From positions 19,344,001-19,408,000 of the forward strand of contig NC_083242.1 of assembly GCF_032191835.1 (NCBI RefSeq): a DNA stretch of 64,000 nt, in the 5' to 3' direction. The DNA is from Heteronotia binoei (Eukaryota). The translations under genes were made by a program, and so were the position numbers. Positions within the stretch are counted from its first letter, which is position 1. Each line of letters starts with the position of its first letter. Below, piece after piece: positions 1-11,300 of this stretch. The notes beneath the pieces are model-generated. The model was not told where the DNA came from. It searched no databases and saw nothing but the letters and a program-made list of their open reading frames with translations.

Positions 1-179
1 GGCTGGCTTGGTGAATGCATTTAAAGTTGCTTTCTTTCTACCTCTCCTCTTCCTTCCTAACTGCCTTCCTCTCTTTCTCAAACATCTGATGCTCATATCT
101 TGCGGTTCTCAAACATCTGAAGCATATTCTCTGTGGCTCTTACATTAACCACCCCTGGTATACAGCTTCCGTGTGCATG

Positions 180-270
180 TGTCTGAGGAAGCGTGTGTGC
201 ACACAAAAGCTCACCCCTTGGATAAAACTTTGTTGGTCTTACAGGCGCCCCCGGACTCAAACTTTGTTTC
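180..270. repeat. Short dispersed repeat (AAAACTTTGTTGGTCTTAAAGGTGC...CTGGACTC), possibly a Penelope-like 3' end
   Basis: Recurs at ~33895-33990, 55470-55540 and 60680-60775. Class assignment is from memory only. Confidence 0.4.
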
Positions 271-512
271 CTGGGAATCAGCCTCAGGAGTGTCTAGAAG
301 CCCGGCCAGATCTTCAGGTGACATTCAGAAGTCACTGACTTGCACACTTAATTTGCATTCTTATTAATGCATTAACTATTTATGCCCACTTCGTGCTATT
401 ATTAGTTTTGCATCAAATATTGATGGGCTGCCGGGTAGAACAGCAGTGCTTCCCAACAACCACCCGCCTCCCTCCACGCCTCAACTAGCTAGCTGCCAGC
501 CCACCTCCTCCT

Positions 513-874
513 ATCTGAAAGCTTCCTTCTACTGAATCAGACCCTGGGTCCATCAAAGTCAGCATTGTCTACTCAGACTGGCAGCAGCTCTCCAGGGTCT
601 CAAGCTGAGGTTTTTCACAGCCTGGTTGCCTGGACCCTTTTTAGTTGGAGGTGTTGGGGATTGAACCTGGGACCTTCTGCTTACCAAGCAGATGCTCTAC
701 CACTGAGCCACCGTCCCCCTCCCCTGCCTGACAGCGGTTCTGCAGGGTCTCAAAGCTGAAGTCTTTCACGCCTATTTGGCCCGGACCCTTTTGAATTGGA
801 GATGCCGGGGATTGAACCTGAGACCTTCTGCTTACCAAGCAGATGCTCTACCCACTAAGTCACCATCCCTCCTC
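513..874 (-). mobile_element. tRNA-derived SINE (Squam3-like) plus a tandem partial 5' duplicate
   Basis: Head GGTGGCTCAGTGGTAGAGCATCTG...GGTTCAATCCC (A/B boxes), CR1-like tail. Other copies 18852-19069 (+), 38495-38704 (+), 45635-45833 (-). Confidence 0.85.
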
Positions 875-893
875 TGCCCGCTCCCTCCCTTAC

Positions 894-964
894 AGCCTGT
901 GGGCCACCGAGCGGGCGAGAGCCCTGGCCGACACCGAACCGCCGCCGCCCCCTCCGGCCGCCAT
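894..964 (-). CDS. Candidate first coding exon of a gene divergent from COQ7 (MAAGGGGGGSVSARALARSVAHRL...)
   Basis: CpG cluster 880-1160; strong Kozak (atcATGG); donor CT|GTAAGG at 894/893. Protein not recognised. Confidence 0.45.
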
Positions 965-1011
965 GATCTCTTCTTTCCTTCTCGCCGCCGGGCAAGGCCC
1001 AGGGCATCCTG

Positions 1012-1025
1012 GTCACCATGGCAAC
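1012..1025. promoter_or_regulatory. RFX X-box-like palindrome GTCACCATGGCAAC
   Basis: Matches the GTNRCC-AT-GGYAAC consensus. It lies ~50 bp upstream of the candidate minus-strand ATG, with a CCAAT box near 1094. Confidence 0.55.
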
Positions 1026-1519
1026 CGCCGGAGGAAACGGACGCGCGCTCCCCCAATGTGAGTGGGAATCCTCCAGAGGGCGTGTCTTAACCAGCCAATG
1101 GAAATAAGGAGGTGGGGAGGAACTCCTTAGGGAGAAAACACCGCCTGGAGGCGGCCGGCAGAACACATAAGAGGTAGAGAAAGTATCGCAGGCAAGCTTG
1201 ACATGAACGTCCGGTTAGTAATCGAAAGCACCAGTCCCCGTTTTTCTCCCCAGTGGAGAGCCAGATGGGCTTCCCGCATTGTTCTCTTCACAGTAACAAC
1301 CCTGGGCTGTAGGCTAGCCTGAGAGAGAGTGACTAGCCTCAGAGAGTCTCTTTGGCAGAATGGGACCTCGAATCCAGGTCTCATACACATAATCAACCAC
1401 CCATAGCTTCTCTGGAGCTTCTTTTGGAGGCCTGGGAAGCTGAGGCGCTTCTCGTGGGAATGCCCGCGGTATGGCTTGTGAAACCCGTTTCCTCTTTTCT
1501 TTCCCTTGCTCTGCGGGTC

Positions 1520-1950
1520 GAGCCCCGTGGCGCAGAGTGTTAAAGCTGCAATCCTAAATTCTGCTCACGACCTGAGCTCGATCCCAGCGGAAGCTGGGTT
1601 TTCAGGTAGCCGGCTCGAGGTTGACTCAGCTTCCATCCTTCCAAGGTCAGTAAAATGAGTACCCAGCTTGCTGGGGGGAAGTGTAGATCAGGGTGGCCAA
1701 CGGTAGCTCTCCAGATGTTTTTTGCCTACAACTCCCATCAGCCCCAGCCAGCATGGCCAATGGCTGGGGCTGATGGGGGTTGTAGGCAAAAAACATCTGG
1801 AGAGCTACCGTTGGCCACCCCTGGTGTAGATGACTGGGGAAGGCAATGGCAAACCACCCCGTAAAAAGTCTGCCGTGAAAACGTTGTGAAAGCAACGTCA
1901 CCCCCGAGTCGGAAACGACTGCTGCTTGCACAGGGAACCTCTCCTTTCCC
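1520..1950 (+). mobile_element. Sauria-type SINE (with nested MITE) in the COQ7 upstream region
   Basis: GAGCCCCGTGGCGCAGAGTG head; GAAGGCAATGGCAAACCAC...GTCGGAAACGAC Bov-B/RTE-like tail. Confidence 0.88.
1689..1823. mobile_element. ~135-bp palindromic hAT MITE (CAGGGGTGGCCAACGG TIR) inside a Sauria SINE
   Basis: Near-perfect hairpin; TSD GTGTAGAT at 1681-1688 / 1824-1831. Confidence 0.92.
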
Positions 1951-2350
1951 AACGTCCAATGAGAGCCGGAAGTGGTCATTTAAACTGTAGGGGATGCGTG
2001 TGTAGCTTCTCCATGTGGGGCGCTGACTGTGACGCCATAAATGCGCGCCATGTTGCCGGAGCCGAGGCGCGCCCGGCAAGGGTACAACAGGGATGGCGGA
2101 GGTCGCTGCGGCTCTGGCCGGGAGAGGGCTGCGCGCCGGTTGCCGTGGCCTCCGCTGTAGGGAAGGTACGGGCAGGGAAGGGGCCTCGGGCCTTCTCCCC
2201 CCGGATGTTGCTTCTGTTTCTTTGCCCTTCAGGTCCTCTTTGCCACTCTGAGGGCCGTGCAGGCGCCCCCTGCAGGGAAGGACGGGAGAAGCGAGGAGGG
2301 AGGCTGGCCTCTCTAGTAGGAGAGCCAGGGTGGGGTGGGGTGGTTAGGAG
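1950..2350 (+). promoter_or_regulatory. COQ7 CpG-island promoter
   Basis: CCAAT 1956-1960, ETS/GABP CCGGAAGTG 1966-1974, YY1-like CGCCATGTT ~2047-2055; high CpG through exon 1. Confidence 0.75.
2093..2165 (+). CDS. COQ7: COQ7 exon 1 (MAEVAAALAGRGLRAGCRGLRCRE, Arg-rich presequence-like)
   Basis: ATG in CpG island, 73 nt, donor GAAG|GTACGG, phase 1 matches exon 2. Confidence 0.88.
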
Positions 2351-5300
2351 GTTGGACTGGCTTCTGGGAGACCTATGTTGCATTCACACTACACTCAATA
2401 ATGCGTTTTGAACCCGGATTTTTACTGTGTAAGAATAGCAAAAATACAAATGTAAAATATATTATTTAGTGTAGTGTGAATGCTCCACCAGAGCCGAATC
2501 CCCACCTTTACATAGATTACCTGGGGCCAGTCATGCACCCTCCGCCTCACCACAGAGATAACAGGGAGGAGAGGGGGGATGCCAGCCTCCAAGTGGGACC
2601 TGGGGATCCCCTGGAACAGGGGCGGCTGAACTTGCTTAACATAAGAGCCACATGGAATAAATGTCAAACTCTTGAGAGCCACAAGGAAGGAAGGAAGGAA
2701 AGAAAATCCTCTAAGCTTGCTGGGCGACCTTGGGCCAGTCACTTTATCTCAAGCTAACCTACACTGCAGGATAGTGATTGGGAGAATGAAATGGGGAGGA
2801 GAGGGTGACGCTATCCACGGAGTTCCACAGAGAAGGAAAGCAGAGTACAAAGACCTAAAATAGAAATTTAAAAGTTACTTCAAAGAATCTTGCAGCAAGA
2901 ACCCAGCAGTATGATAGTGGGTAACATTTCAGTCCGGGGTCCATTTTCATGCAGAATTCTCCATTTCTGCAAGTTTTAAGTCATTGGCTTGAATCCAGCA
3001 GTCTTTTATCCTTCCTCTCTTTAAGTGACTCTTCCTCCAGTTGAAATTGGAGGAGGACTCCTTAAATTGGAGGAAGACTTAGAACCTGAGTCAAGGTGGG
3101 ATATATTATATAGCAGGGGTGGCCAGACTTCCTTAATTTAAGAGCCACATGGAATAAATGTCAGATGTTTGTGAGCCACAAGACAGGAAGAAAGAAAGAT
3201 GGATGGGGAGGGGGAAAGAAAGCAACTTCAAATGCATTTTCCGAGCTATCAGCTGGTTTGGCTTTAAGAAGTGATTTAAAGAGACAGATGCCTTCTGCAA
3301 GCCAGCTGATGGGGCGGTGGGGGCTTCAAGAGCCACACAATATGTATGAAAGAGCCACATGTGGCTCCCAAGCCACAGCTTGGCCACCCCTGCCCTGGAA
3401 TTACAGCTCATCTCCAGTCCAGACTACAGAGATCAGTTCCCCTGGAGAAAAATAACTGCTTTTGCAGACAAGCTCTATGGCACTGTGCTTCGCTGAGGTC
3501 CCTGTCCTCCCCAGGCTCCAGCCCCAGATCTCCAGCAGTTTCTCTCAAGTTTTCCTTGCTGTTTGTCATGGAACAAGGGGACTAGGGAGGGCTAGAGCTG
3601 CCAGTCAACAGTTTGGCCTCAGCAGCAGGTGCCCATCAACACCTTAGGCAAAAGTGGAGCTGCAACAGCTGGGAGGGTTGAGGAGAGGGATGGAAACGAT
3701 CTGGCAGCCCTACCCACCCATCTTCTGCTGGGGATCAGAGAGGACCCGGCAGCTCTAAAGAAAAGAACAATGTGAGCTGCTTCCAGGGAGAAAGACAGGG
3801 AGTAAATGAAATGTGTATGTAAAGTGCTAGCAAGTCGCAGCTTATGGTGACCCCAGCAAGGGGTTTTCAAGGCTAGTGAGAAGCGGAGTTGTTTTGCCCT
3901 TTGCTTTCCTCTGCAAAATCTCCCTTGGTGCAGGTCTCCCATCCAAGTACCGACCTTGCTTCGCTTCCAAGACCAGCCTGTACCATGCCACCTTCCTTCC
4001 CAATAAGTGAAATAAATATTTGTCCTGTTTTTTGAAGTAGTCGTAATTAGTGTTCCCTCTAAGCTGCAGAGTCTTGTGAGCAAAAATTTTTCTTTGTGAG
4101 CTACTGCATAAATTAGCTGCTCTGTGTGAGCTGGAGGCTAAGAATCTGTGAGCTAGCTCACACTAACTCAGCTTAGAGGGAATACTGGTCATAATGTAAT
4201 CTTTTATTCAACACCATTTCTCTCAAAATTTCCTTGCTGCTTGTTGTAAAATAAGGCGACTGGAGTTGCCAGTCAACTGCTTGGCCTCAGTAGCATGCGC
4301 CCATCAATTCCTTACGCAGAAGTGTAGCTGCAACAACCAGAAGGGTGGGGGAGAGGAATGGAAGCAAACAAGAAAGAAGCTTGCTTTGGTTACCGTTCGA
4401 ATAGCTGGATCCTCATGTCCTCTCTTTAGCACAGGCAAGGTGGTTAGGTGAAAGTTTGCAGCCCCCATCTGTTTTCAATACTCTGCAGTTTCCTTAAACG
4501 GCAGCAGTTATTACAACCACACATGGTGAAAGATTAGAATTAAGTTCTTTTGAGTGCTAATCTGGTGGAAAGGTGGGTTATGCATTTATTTTTAAAGTAG
4601 CATAGCTTGAAATTGAGTACCCATTGGCAAAGCTGAGCTGTCCTGTTCCCTGAAATGTTACAGCCAGCATTTGAGCATTGATGCTGAACACAAGCGCAAC
4701 ACTTAGAGATTTTAAAAAAGGCTTCCCTCCCCCTAATTTAAAAAAGCACAATTTTGGCCTAGGCAATTTTGGCCTTGGCCTAACTGATTTCCCCTCCTTG
4801 CAGCTAACAGTTCTAAGATCTGGTGACACTGGTAATGACCTACAAAAGTGTATGCTCTGTAAAGTCAACATAAGCTTGTGGTGAAATCCTAAACAGTTAC
4901 AACTTTCTAAACACACTGAAGAAGAAAGTCAGTGCAACTGTTCAGGATTACACAGACAAAGTACATCTGGTTTTTCTTACTTTTTTCTACTTTATACTTC
5001 TGCTATTTTCTGCTTATATAGCAGTGCTCCTCTGGTCTTCCATCCCTGGATCGATCAGATCAATTTCAGTATCATTACTATGGAATCTGTGGTCTGAGGT
5101 TCTTCTTTGCCACTACTGGGCCTGTTAATTTCTTGATACTGACCTGCGTGTCACTCATGCTGTCACAAAGCTGGATGAATTCTGAAGGGATTTATGTACC
5201 CAATAGGACTATAAAAATCTAGCAATCTTCATCTGTTTATTATTGCAGATCACCTTTTAAAATCAGCTTCTGTCATAACAAACCATGATAGAAATCTCAT

Positions 5301-8300
5301 TCTCTTTCTCTAATGAATGTTTTCTCCATGCCAGGACCAAGAAGCGGATGGGATTTGCAATGCATGCATGCCACTAACAAGTTTTGTAGCACTGGAACAG
5401 CCTTTGAAAGCATCAACAAACCAGTTATCGACCGCATAATCCGAGTGGATCATGCAGGAGAATATGGGGCAAACCGCATATATGCAGGCCAGATGGCAGT
5501 GTTAGGTCGGACGTCGGTTGGACCAGTGATCCAGGTTAGTATCTCTAGCCTGTATGTTCTTTGCACTTTTTAAAGTCAGCTTTGCTATTATCCAAGCTTG
5601 ATAGAAGCTAACTTTCCGTGTTGCTTTATCACAATGTGAAACCATGGTTTAGTTCAACTAATCAGGGCTTTTCATGAGCAGGAAAGCACAGAAACACAAG
5701 TTCCGGCTGGCTTCGTGCCAGGGAGTGTGACCTAATGTGCAAATGAGTTCCCGCTGGGCCTTTTCTACCTAAAAGCCCTGTGTGAAACAATGGTAATATC
5801 AGGGGGTGTGCCTTGATATGCAAATGAGTTCCTGCTGGGCTTTTTCTACCAAAAAAAGCCCTGCAACTAACTATAGATAAATGCAACTGTCAAAATGCTT
5901 CCCACTCCACTAAGTATGGTCAGTTAGTGTTTACCAAACTAGGTTTTGAAACCAAGGGTTGAAGTTGGTTTACTAAGGTCTTAAGAGAGCCAGTTTGGTG
6001 TAGTGGTTAAGTGTGCGGACTCTTATCTGGGAGAACCGGGTTTGATTCCCCACTCCTCCACTTGCAGCTGCTGGAATGGCCTTGGGTCAGCCATAGCTCT
6101 CTTATCTGGGAGAACCGGGTTTGATTCACCACTCCTCCACTTGCAGCTGCTGGAATGGCCTTGGGTCAGCCAAAGCGCTCTTATCTGGGAGAACTGGATT
6201 TGATTCCCCACTCCTCCATGTGCACCTGCTGGAATGGCATTGGGTTAGCCATAGCTCTGGCAGAGGTTGTCCTTGAAAGGGCAGCTGCTGTGAGAGCCCT
6301 CTCAGCCCCACCGCTCTCACAAGGTGTCTGTTGTGGGGGAGGAAGGTAAAGGATATTGTAGGCCATTCTGAGACTCTGTCCTTGAAAGGGCAGCTGCTGT
6401 GAGAGCCCTCTCAGCCCCACCCACCTCACAGGGTGTCTATTGTGGGGGAGGAAGGTAAAGGAGATTGTGAGCCGCTCTGAGACTCTGTCCTTGAAAGGGC
6501 AGCTGCTGTGAGAGCCCTCTCAGTCCCATCCACCTCACAGGGTGTCTGTTGTGGGGGGAGAAGATATAGGAGATTGTAAGCCGCTCTGAGTCTCTGATTC
6601 AGAGAGAAGGGCAAGGTATAAATCTTCAGTCTTCTTCTTCAGGTAAAAATCAGGAAAGGGATGGAATACAACAAAACTCAGAAAAAATACAGAGAGTAAA
6701 TCCAATAAGGTGTAATAGCAATTCAGTAGGATGGAGTATGTGTAAGTTAATAAATAATAGTGGAATGTTTCAGTAAAGAAGAAGATGATGATATTGGATT
6801 TATATCCTGCCCTATACTCTGAATCTCAGAGTCTCAGAGCAGTCACAGTCTCCTTTACCTCCCCTCCCTGACAACAGACACCCTGTGAGGTGGGTGGGAC
6901 TGAGAGAGCTCTTACAGCAGGTGCCCTTTCAAGGACAACTCCTACGAGAAGCTCTGGCTGATCCAAAGCCATTTCAGCAGCTGCAAGTAGAAGAAGAAGA
7001 CGGCATTGGATTTATATCCCACCCTCTACTCCGAAGAGTCTCAGAGTGGCTCACAATCTCCTTTACATTCCTCCCCCACAACAGACACCATGTGAGGTGG
7101 GTGGGGCTGAGATGGTTCTCACAGCATCTGCCCTTTCAAGGACAACCTCTGCCACAGCTATGGCTGACCCAAGGCGATTCCAGCAGCTGCAAGCAGAGGA
7201 GTGGGGAATCAAGCCTGGTTCTCCCAGATAAAAATCCACACACTTAATCACTAGGCCAAACTGGCTCTCTAAAGAAGCAGGCACAGGTGCAAGAATAGCT
7301 TTTCAGAATCTTTCCAACATGTTTTACAGACAAAGTGGGGAAAGAAAACTGTGTACCCTGCCTTGAGCTCATCGGAAGAAAGGGTAGAGTAAAAATGCTC
7401 TTGCCTGTGAGCTCCCAGGGGAATCAAAGCAGTTAACTGAACACTCGGATCAAACGTCCAGCTAAAAGCCACAGAATGGTTTTGTCACTGATGGAAGAGG
7501 GTATCGCTGACCCTTGTGTACCTTTTCCCAACCTCCAGCCAATCTTACCCCCTGCATATATATTTTTTTAAACACAGCAAATGTGGAATCAGGAAAAAGA
7601 ACATTTGAAAAAGTTCAACGATTTAATGGTCTCGTATCGAGTCCGGCCCACGGTTCTGTTGCCTTTCTGGAATGTTGCGGGGTTTGTGCTAGGTGAGGCT
7701 TGAATTTTTTAAAAAGCGTTTTCCTTTTAAAATTCAAACATGTGGACGAATGAGATGGGGGCACCCCATCTGATAGGAATGTCTTCACAACAGGCGCGGG
7801 GACAGCCTTGCTCGGCAAAAAGGCCGCCATGGCTTGCACGGTGGCAGTGGAGGAGAGTATCTCTCATCACTACAATAACCAGATCCGAACGCTGATGGAA
7901 GAAGATCCGGAAAAGTACAAAGAATTATTAGAGGTGCCTCTTCACGGTGCTTGAAAGTTGCTTAAAATTAGGAAGGGACGGGAAAGGGTAGGCCGCCTTT
8001 TCTAGCCCAAGAACTGGGTGCGAAAATCTGCCATATACTTGAGAAGATGTTAGTGTTTTTGCAAAAACAGTGGGGGTTGGTGCAGTTGGAGTGAGGTGGA
8101 TATTTGGCCAGACATACATAGAGCCAGGGCTTTTTTGGTAACAGGAACTCCTTTGCATACCTCTCTGATGTAGCCAATCCTCCAAGAGCTTACAGGGCTC
8201 TTATTCCAGGGCCTACTGTAAGCTCCAGGAGGACTGGCTACATCAGGGGTGTGTGGCCTAATATGCCAAGGAGTTCCTGCTACAAAAAAGCCTTTTCTTA

Positions 8301-11300
8301 GAGCTAACCAAGCTGCACTGGTACTGCCAGTTTGGTGGAGTCAGTTGGGTGAAGTGGTTAAGTGCGTGGACTCTGATCTGGGAGAACTGGGTTTGATTTC
8401 CCACTCCTCTACCTGCAGCTGCTGGAATGGCCTCGGGTCAGCCATCGCTCTCACAGAGGTTGTCCTTGAAAGGGCAGCTGCTGTGAGAGACCTCTCCAGC
8501 CCCGCCCACCTCACAGGGTGTTTGTTGTGGGGGAGGAAGATAAAGGAGATTGTAAGCCACTCTGAGTGGAGGGCAGAATATAAATCCAGTTTCTTCTCAT
8601 GGATTTGTCTTCACCTCTGCTAGAGGCTGTTCAGGCCTGGGATGGGGAGACAGGGCATGCAGTAGCTGTGCCAGTGCTTTGGTGGCTTGGGCAGAGAGAT
8701 CAGAGCCCCTGAGGGCCAGGGCTTTTTTGGTTGCAGGGACTCCTTTGCATATTAGGCCACACACCCCTTACATAGCCAATCCTCCAAGAGCTTATAGTAG
8801 GCCCTTTAAGAAGAGCCCTGTCAGCTCTTGGAGGATTGGCTACATCAGGGGGTGTGGTCTAATACGCAAATGAGTTCCTGCTACCAAAAAAGCCCTGCTG
8901 AGGACCAAGCAAAATGATCTGCTGAATAGGGGAAGGGGGGATTGCCAACCTGTGCAGCAAGATTTGTTTTCGACTGATGGGCATTACTTGGGGCAAACAC
9001 TGCTCCAGCTAATCTACATTAAAAGCTAACAAAATAGAGATTAAATGGAGGAGGAGGAGGCCTCAAGGAGGAAGTCAGGAAAGCAGTAGTGTCCAGTGTT
9101 CCCTCTAAGTCGAGCTAGCGTGAGTTGGCTTACAGATTTTTAGCCTCCAGCTCACACATTTTTGTCTTAGGAAGGAGGACCCCCCAGAGCACACTAATTG
9201 ATGCAGCAGCTCACCGCTTTCATGCCAGGAGCTCACAAAGTGGATTTTTTGCTCACAAGACTCTGTAGCTTCGAGGGGACGCTGGTAGTGTCATCTAAAA
9301 ACGTGTCTTTGGACATCTCACAATGAGCTTGGTACTGAGGTATTCGTCTTCCGTTTTTGTTCTTTACGTCAGATAATCAAGAAATTCCGGGATGAGGAGC
9401 TAGAGCATCATGACATCGGACTTGAGCATGATGCAGAACTGGTAAGCATCCCAGGAAATGTGGGACAGGCACACGCCTAGCTGTGGTGTTAGAATACGGA
9501 GCATGTGACTGCGAGTGAGCATCCTGCTTTGGAATGTGCTTATGTTTTTTTCGTGTCTTCTTCCCCCGCCCCTTCCTTGCCTCTACCAAACGAGTCCAGC
9601 AGTCCATTCCCTTCTCGTCACTAACTGCGCCAGATTTCTGCTTGCGTGGTGTTCTTAACACAAGGGGGAGTGTTGGCTGCCTGCAGAGCCTTCTTAAAAG
9701 CAGATGGCAGGGCCCGTTTTGTTAATTCCAGTCCTGCAGCTTCCTCTGCTAACTTGTCACGGGATAGATTTTGCCCCCCTAGTGTTGTGTTCTTAAGGGC
9801 ACTAAATTGTCTTTTTAACATAAGAGAAACCATGTTGGATCAGGCCAATGGCCCATCCAGTTCAACACTCTGTGTCACACAGTGGCCAAAAAACCACCCA
9901 AGTGCCATCAAGAGGTCCACCAGTGGGGCTAGAAGCCTTCCCATGGTGCCCCCCCCCCCCCAAGAACAAGAATACAGAGCATCACTGCCCCAAACTGAGA
10001 GTTCCAACAATAAGCTGTGGCTAATAGCCACTGATGGACCTCTGCTCCATATGTTGATCCAATCCCCTCTTAAGCTGTCTATGCTTGTAGCTGCCGCCAC
10101 CTCCTGTGGCAGTGAATTCCACATGTCAATCACCCTTTGGGTGAAGAAGTACTTCTTTTTATCAGCTCTAACCGGACTGCTCAGCAATTTCATTGAATGC
10201 CCACAAGTTCTCGTATTGTGAGAAAGGGAGAAAAGTACTTCTTTCTCTACCTTCTCTATCCCAGGCATAATCTTGTAATCTTTTTCTCCAGTGTAATCTA
10301 GTCCGCATTGTATGCGATGTTCCATCTAAACTACAGAGTCTTGTGAGCCAAAATTCTACTTTGTGAGCTCCTGGCATTAAAGTTATGAGTTGCTGTATCA
10401 ATTAGTATGCTCTAGGGTCATCCTTCCTGAGCTCAGACAAAAATGTGTGACCTGGAGGCTAAAGATCTGTGAGCTAGCTCACACTAAGCTTAGAGGGAAC
10501 ACCCGTTGTATGTTAGCCAAACAGCTTTTCCACTCATTCCTTGCATTTATTCAATTATTCAGAGTGCTTGTATGGCACCTTTCCAGACCTGCTGGAGGCA
10601 GCTGACCGCTATGACGATAAAAACCAACCAAGCCAATAAAAACATGCCAATAAAAGGACATCTCACACATAAAAGCATACCATTTGATTCTTCTAACACA
10701 AAAAGGGCCTATAGTCCAGAGGCAGAGGAGCATGCCTTTCTATTTTTGTTGTTTGTTGTTGTTAGTGTTAGTATTATTAGCAGGGCTTTTTTTGAGCAGG
10801 AACACACAGGAACGCAGTTCTGGCTGGTTTGTTATCTGGGGGCATGGCCTAATATCTAAATAAGTCCCAGCTGGGCTTTTTTAGTAGAAAACAATAGTGA
10901 TGTCAGGGGGTGTGGCCTAATATGCAAATGAGTTCCTGCTGGGCTTTTCCTACTAAAAAAGACCCCCTTCCCTCAAAGGACTCAGGGTGGTGTACTAAGG
11001 GTGTCATACTCGTTTGTTATGAGGGCCGGATCTGACATAAATGAGGCCATGTGTGTAATAAAATGTTATGCCAGGTTGCAGAGATACAAACTTTTATAAA
11101 GGACATAGAGAAACTAAGATTTTTTAAAAACTTAAAGTAAAACATGCTTAACACATTAGCACTTGTTGGTCTTAAAGGTGTTTTCTTTGTTATCTCTCCT
11201 GTGCAGTCCAGGCTCTCTCAGCTGCGCAGCAGAGCTACTGAGCCAAGCATCTCTTCCTTCTATTGGCAGAGGCTCCTCCCCATCCTGGCCCCCTAGGGAA

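Noticed and set aside
894-964. Assignment of the divergent exon to TMC7 or NOMO
   Set aside because: The peptide does not resemble either N-terminus as recalled; left unnamed.
5985-6641. CRISPR-like repeat array
   Set aside because: Eukaryotic DNA; contiguous tandem SINE sub-units with no unique spacers.
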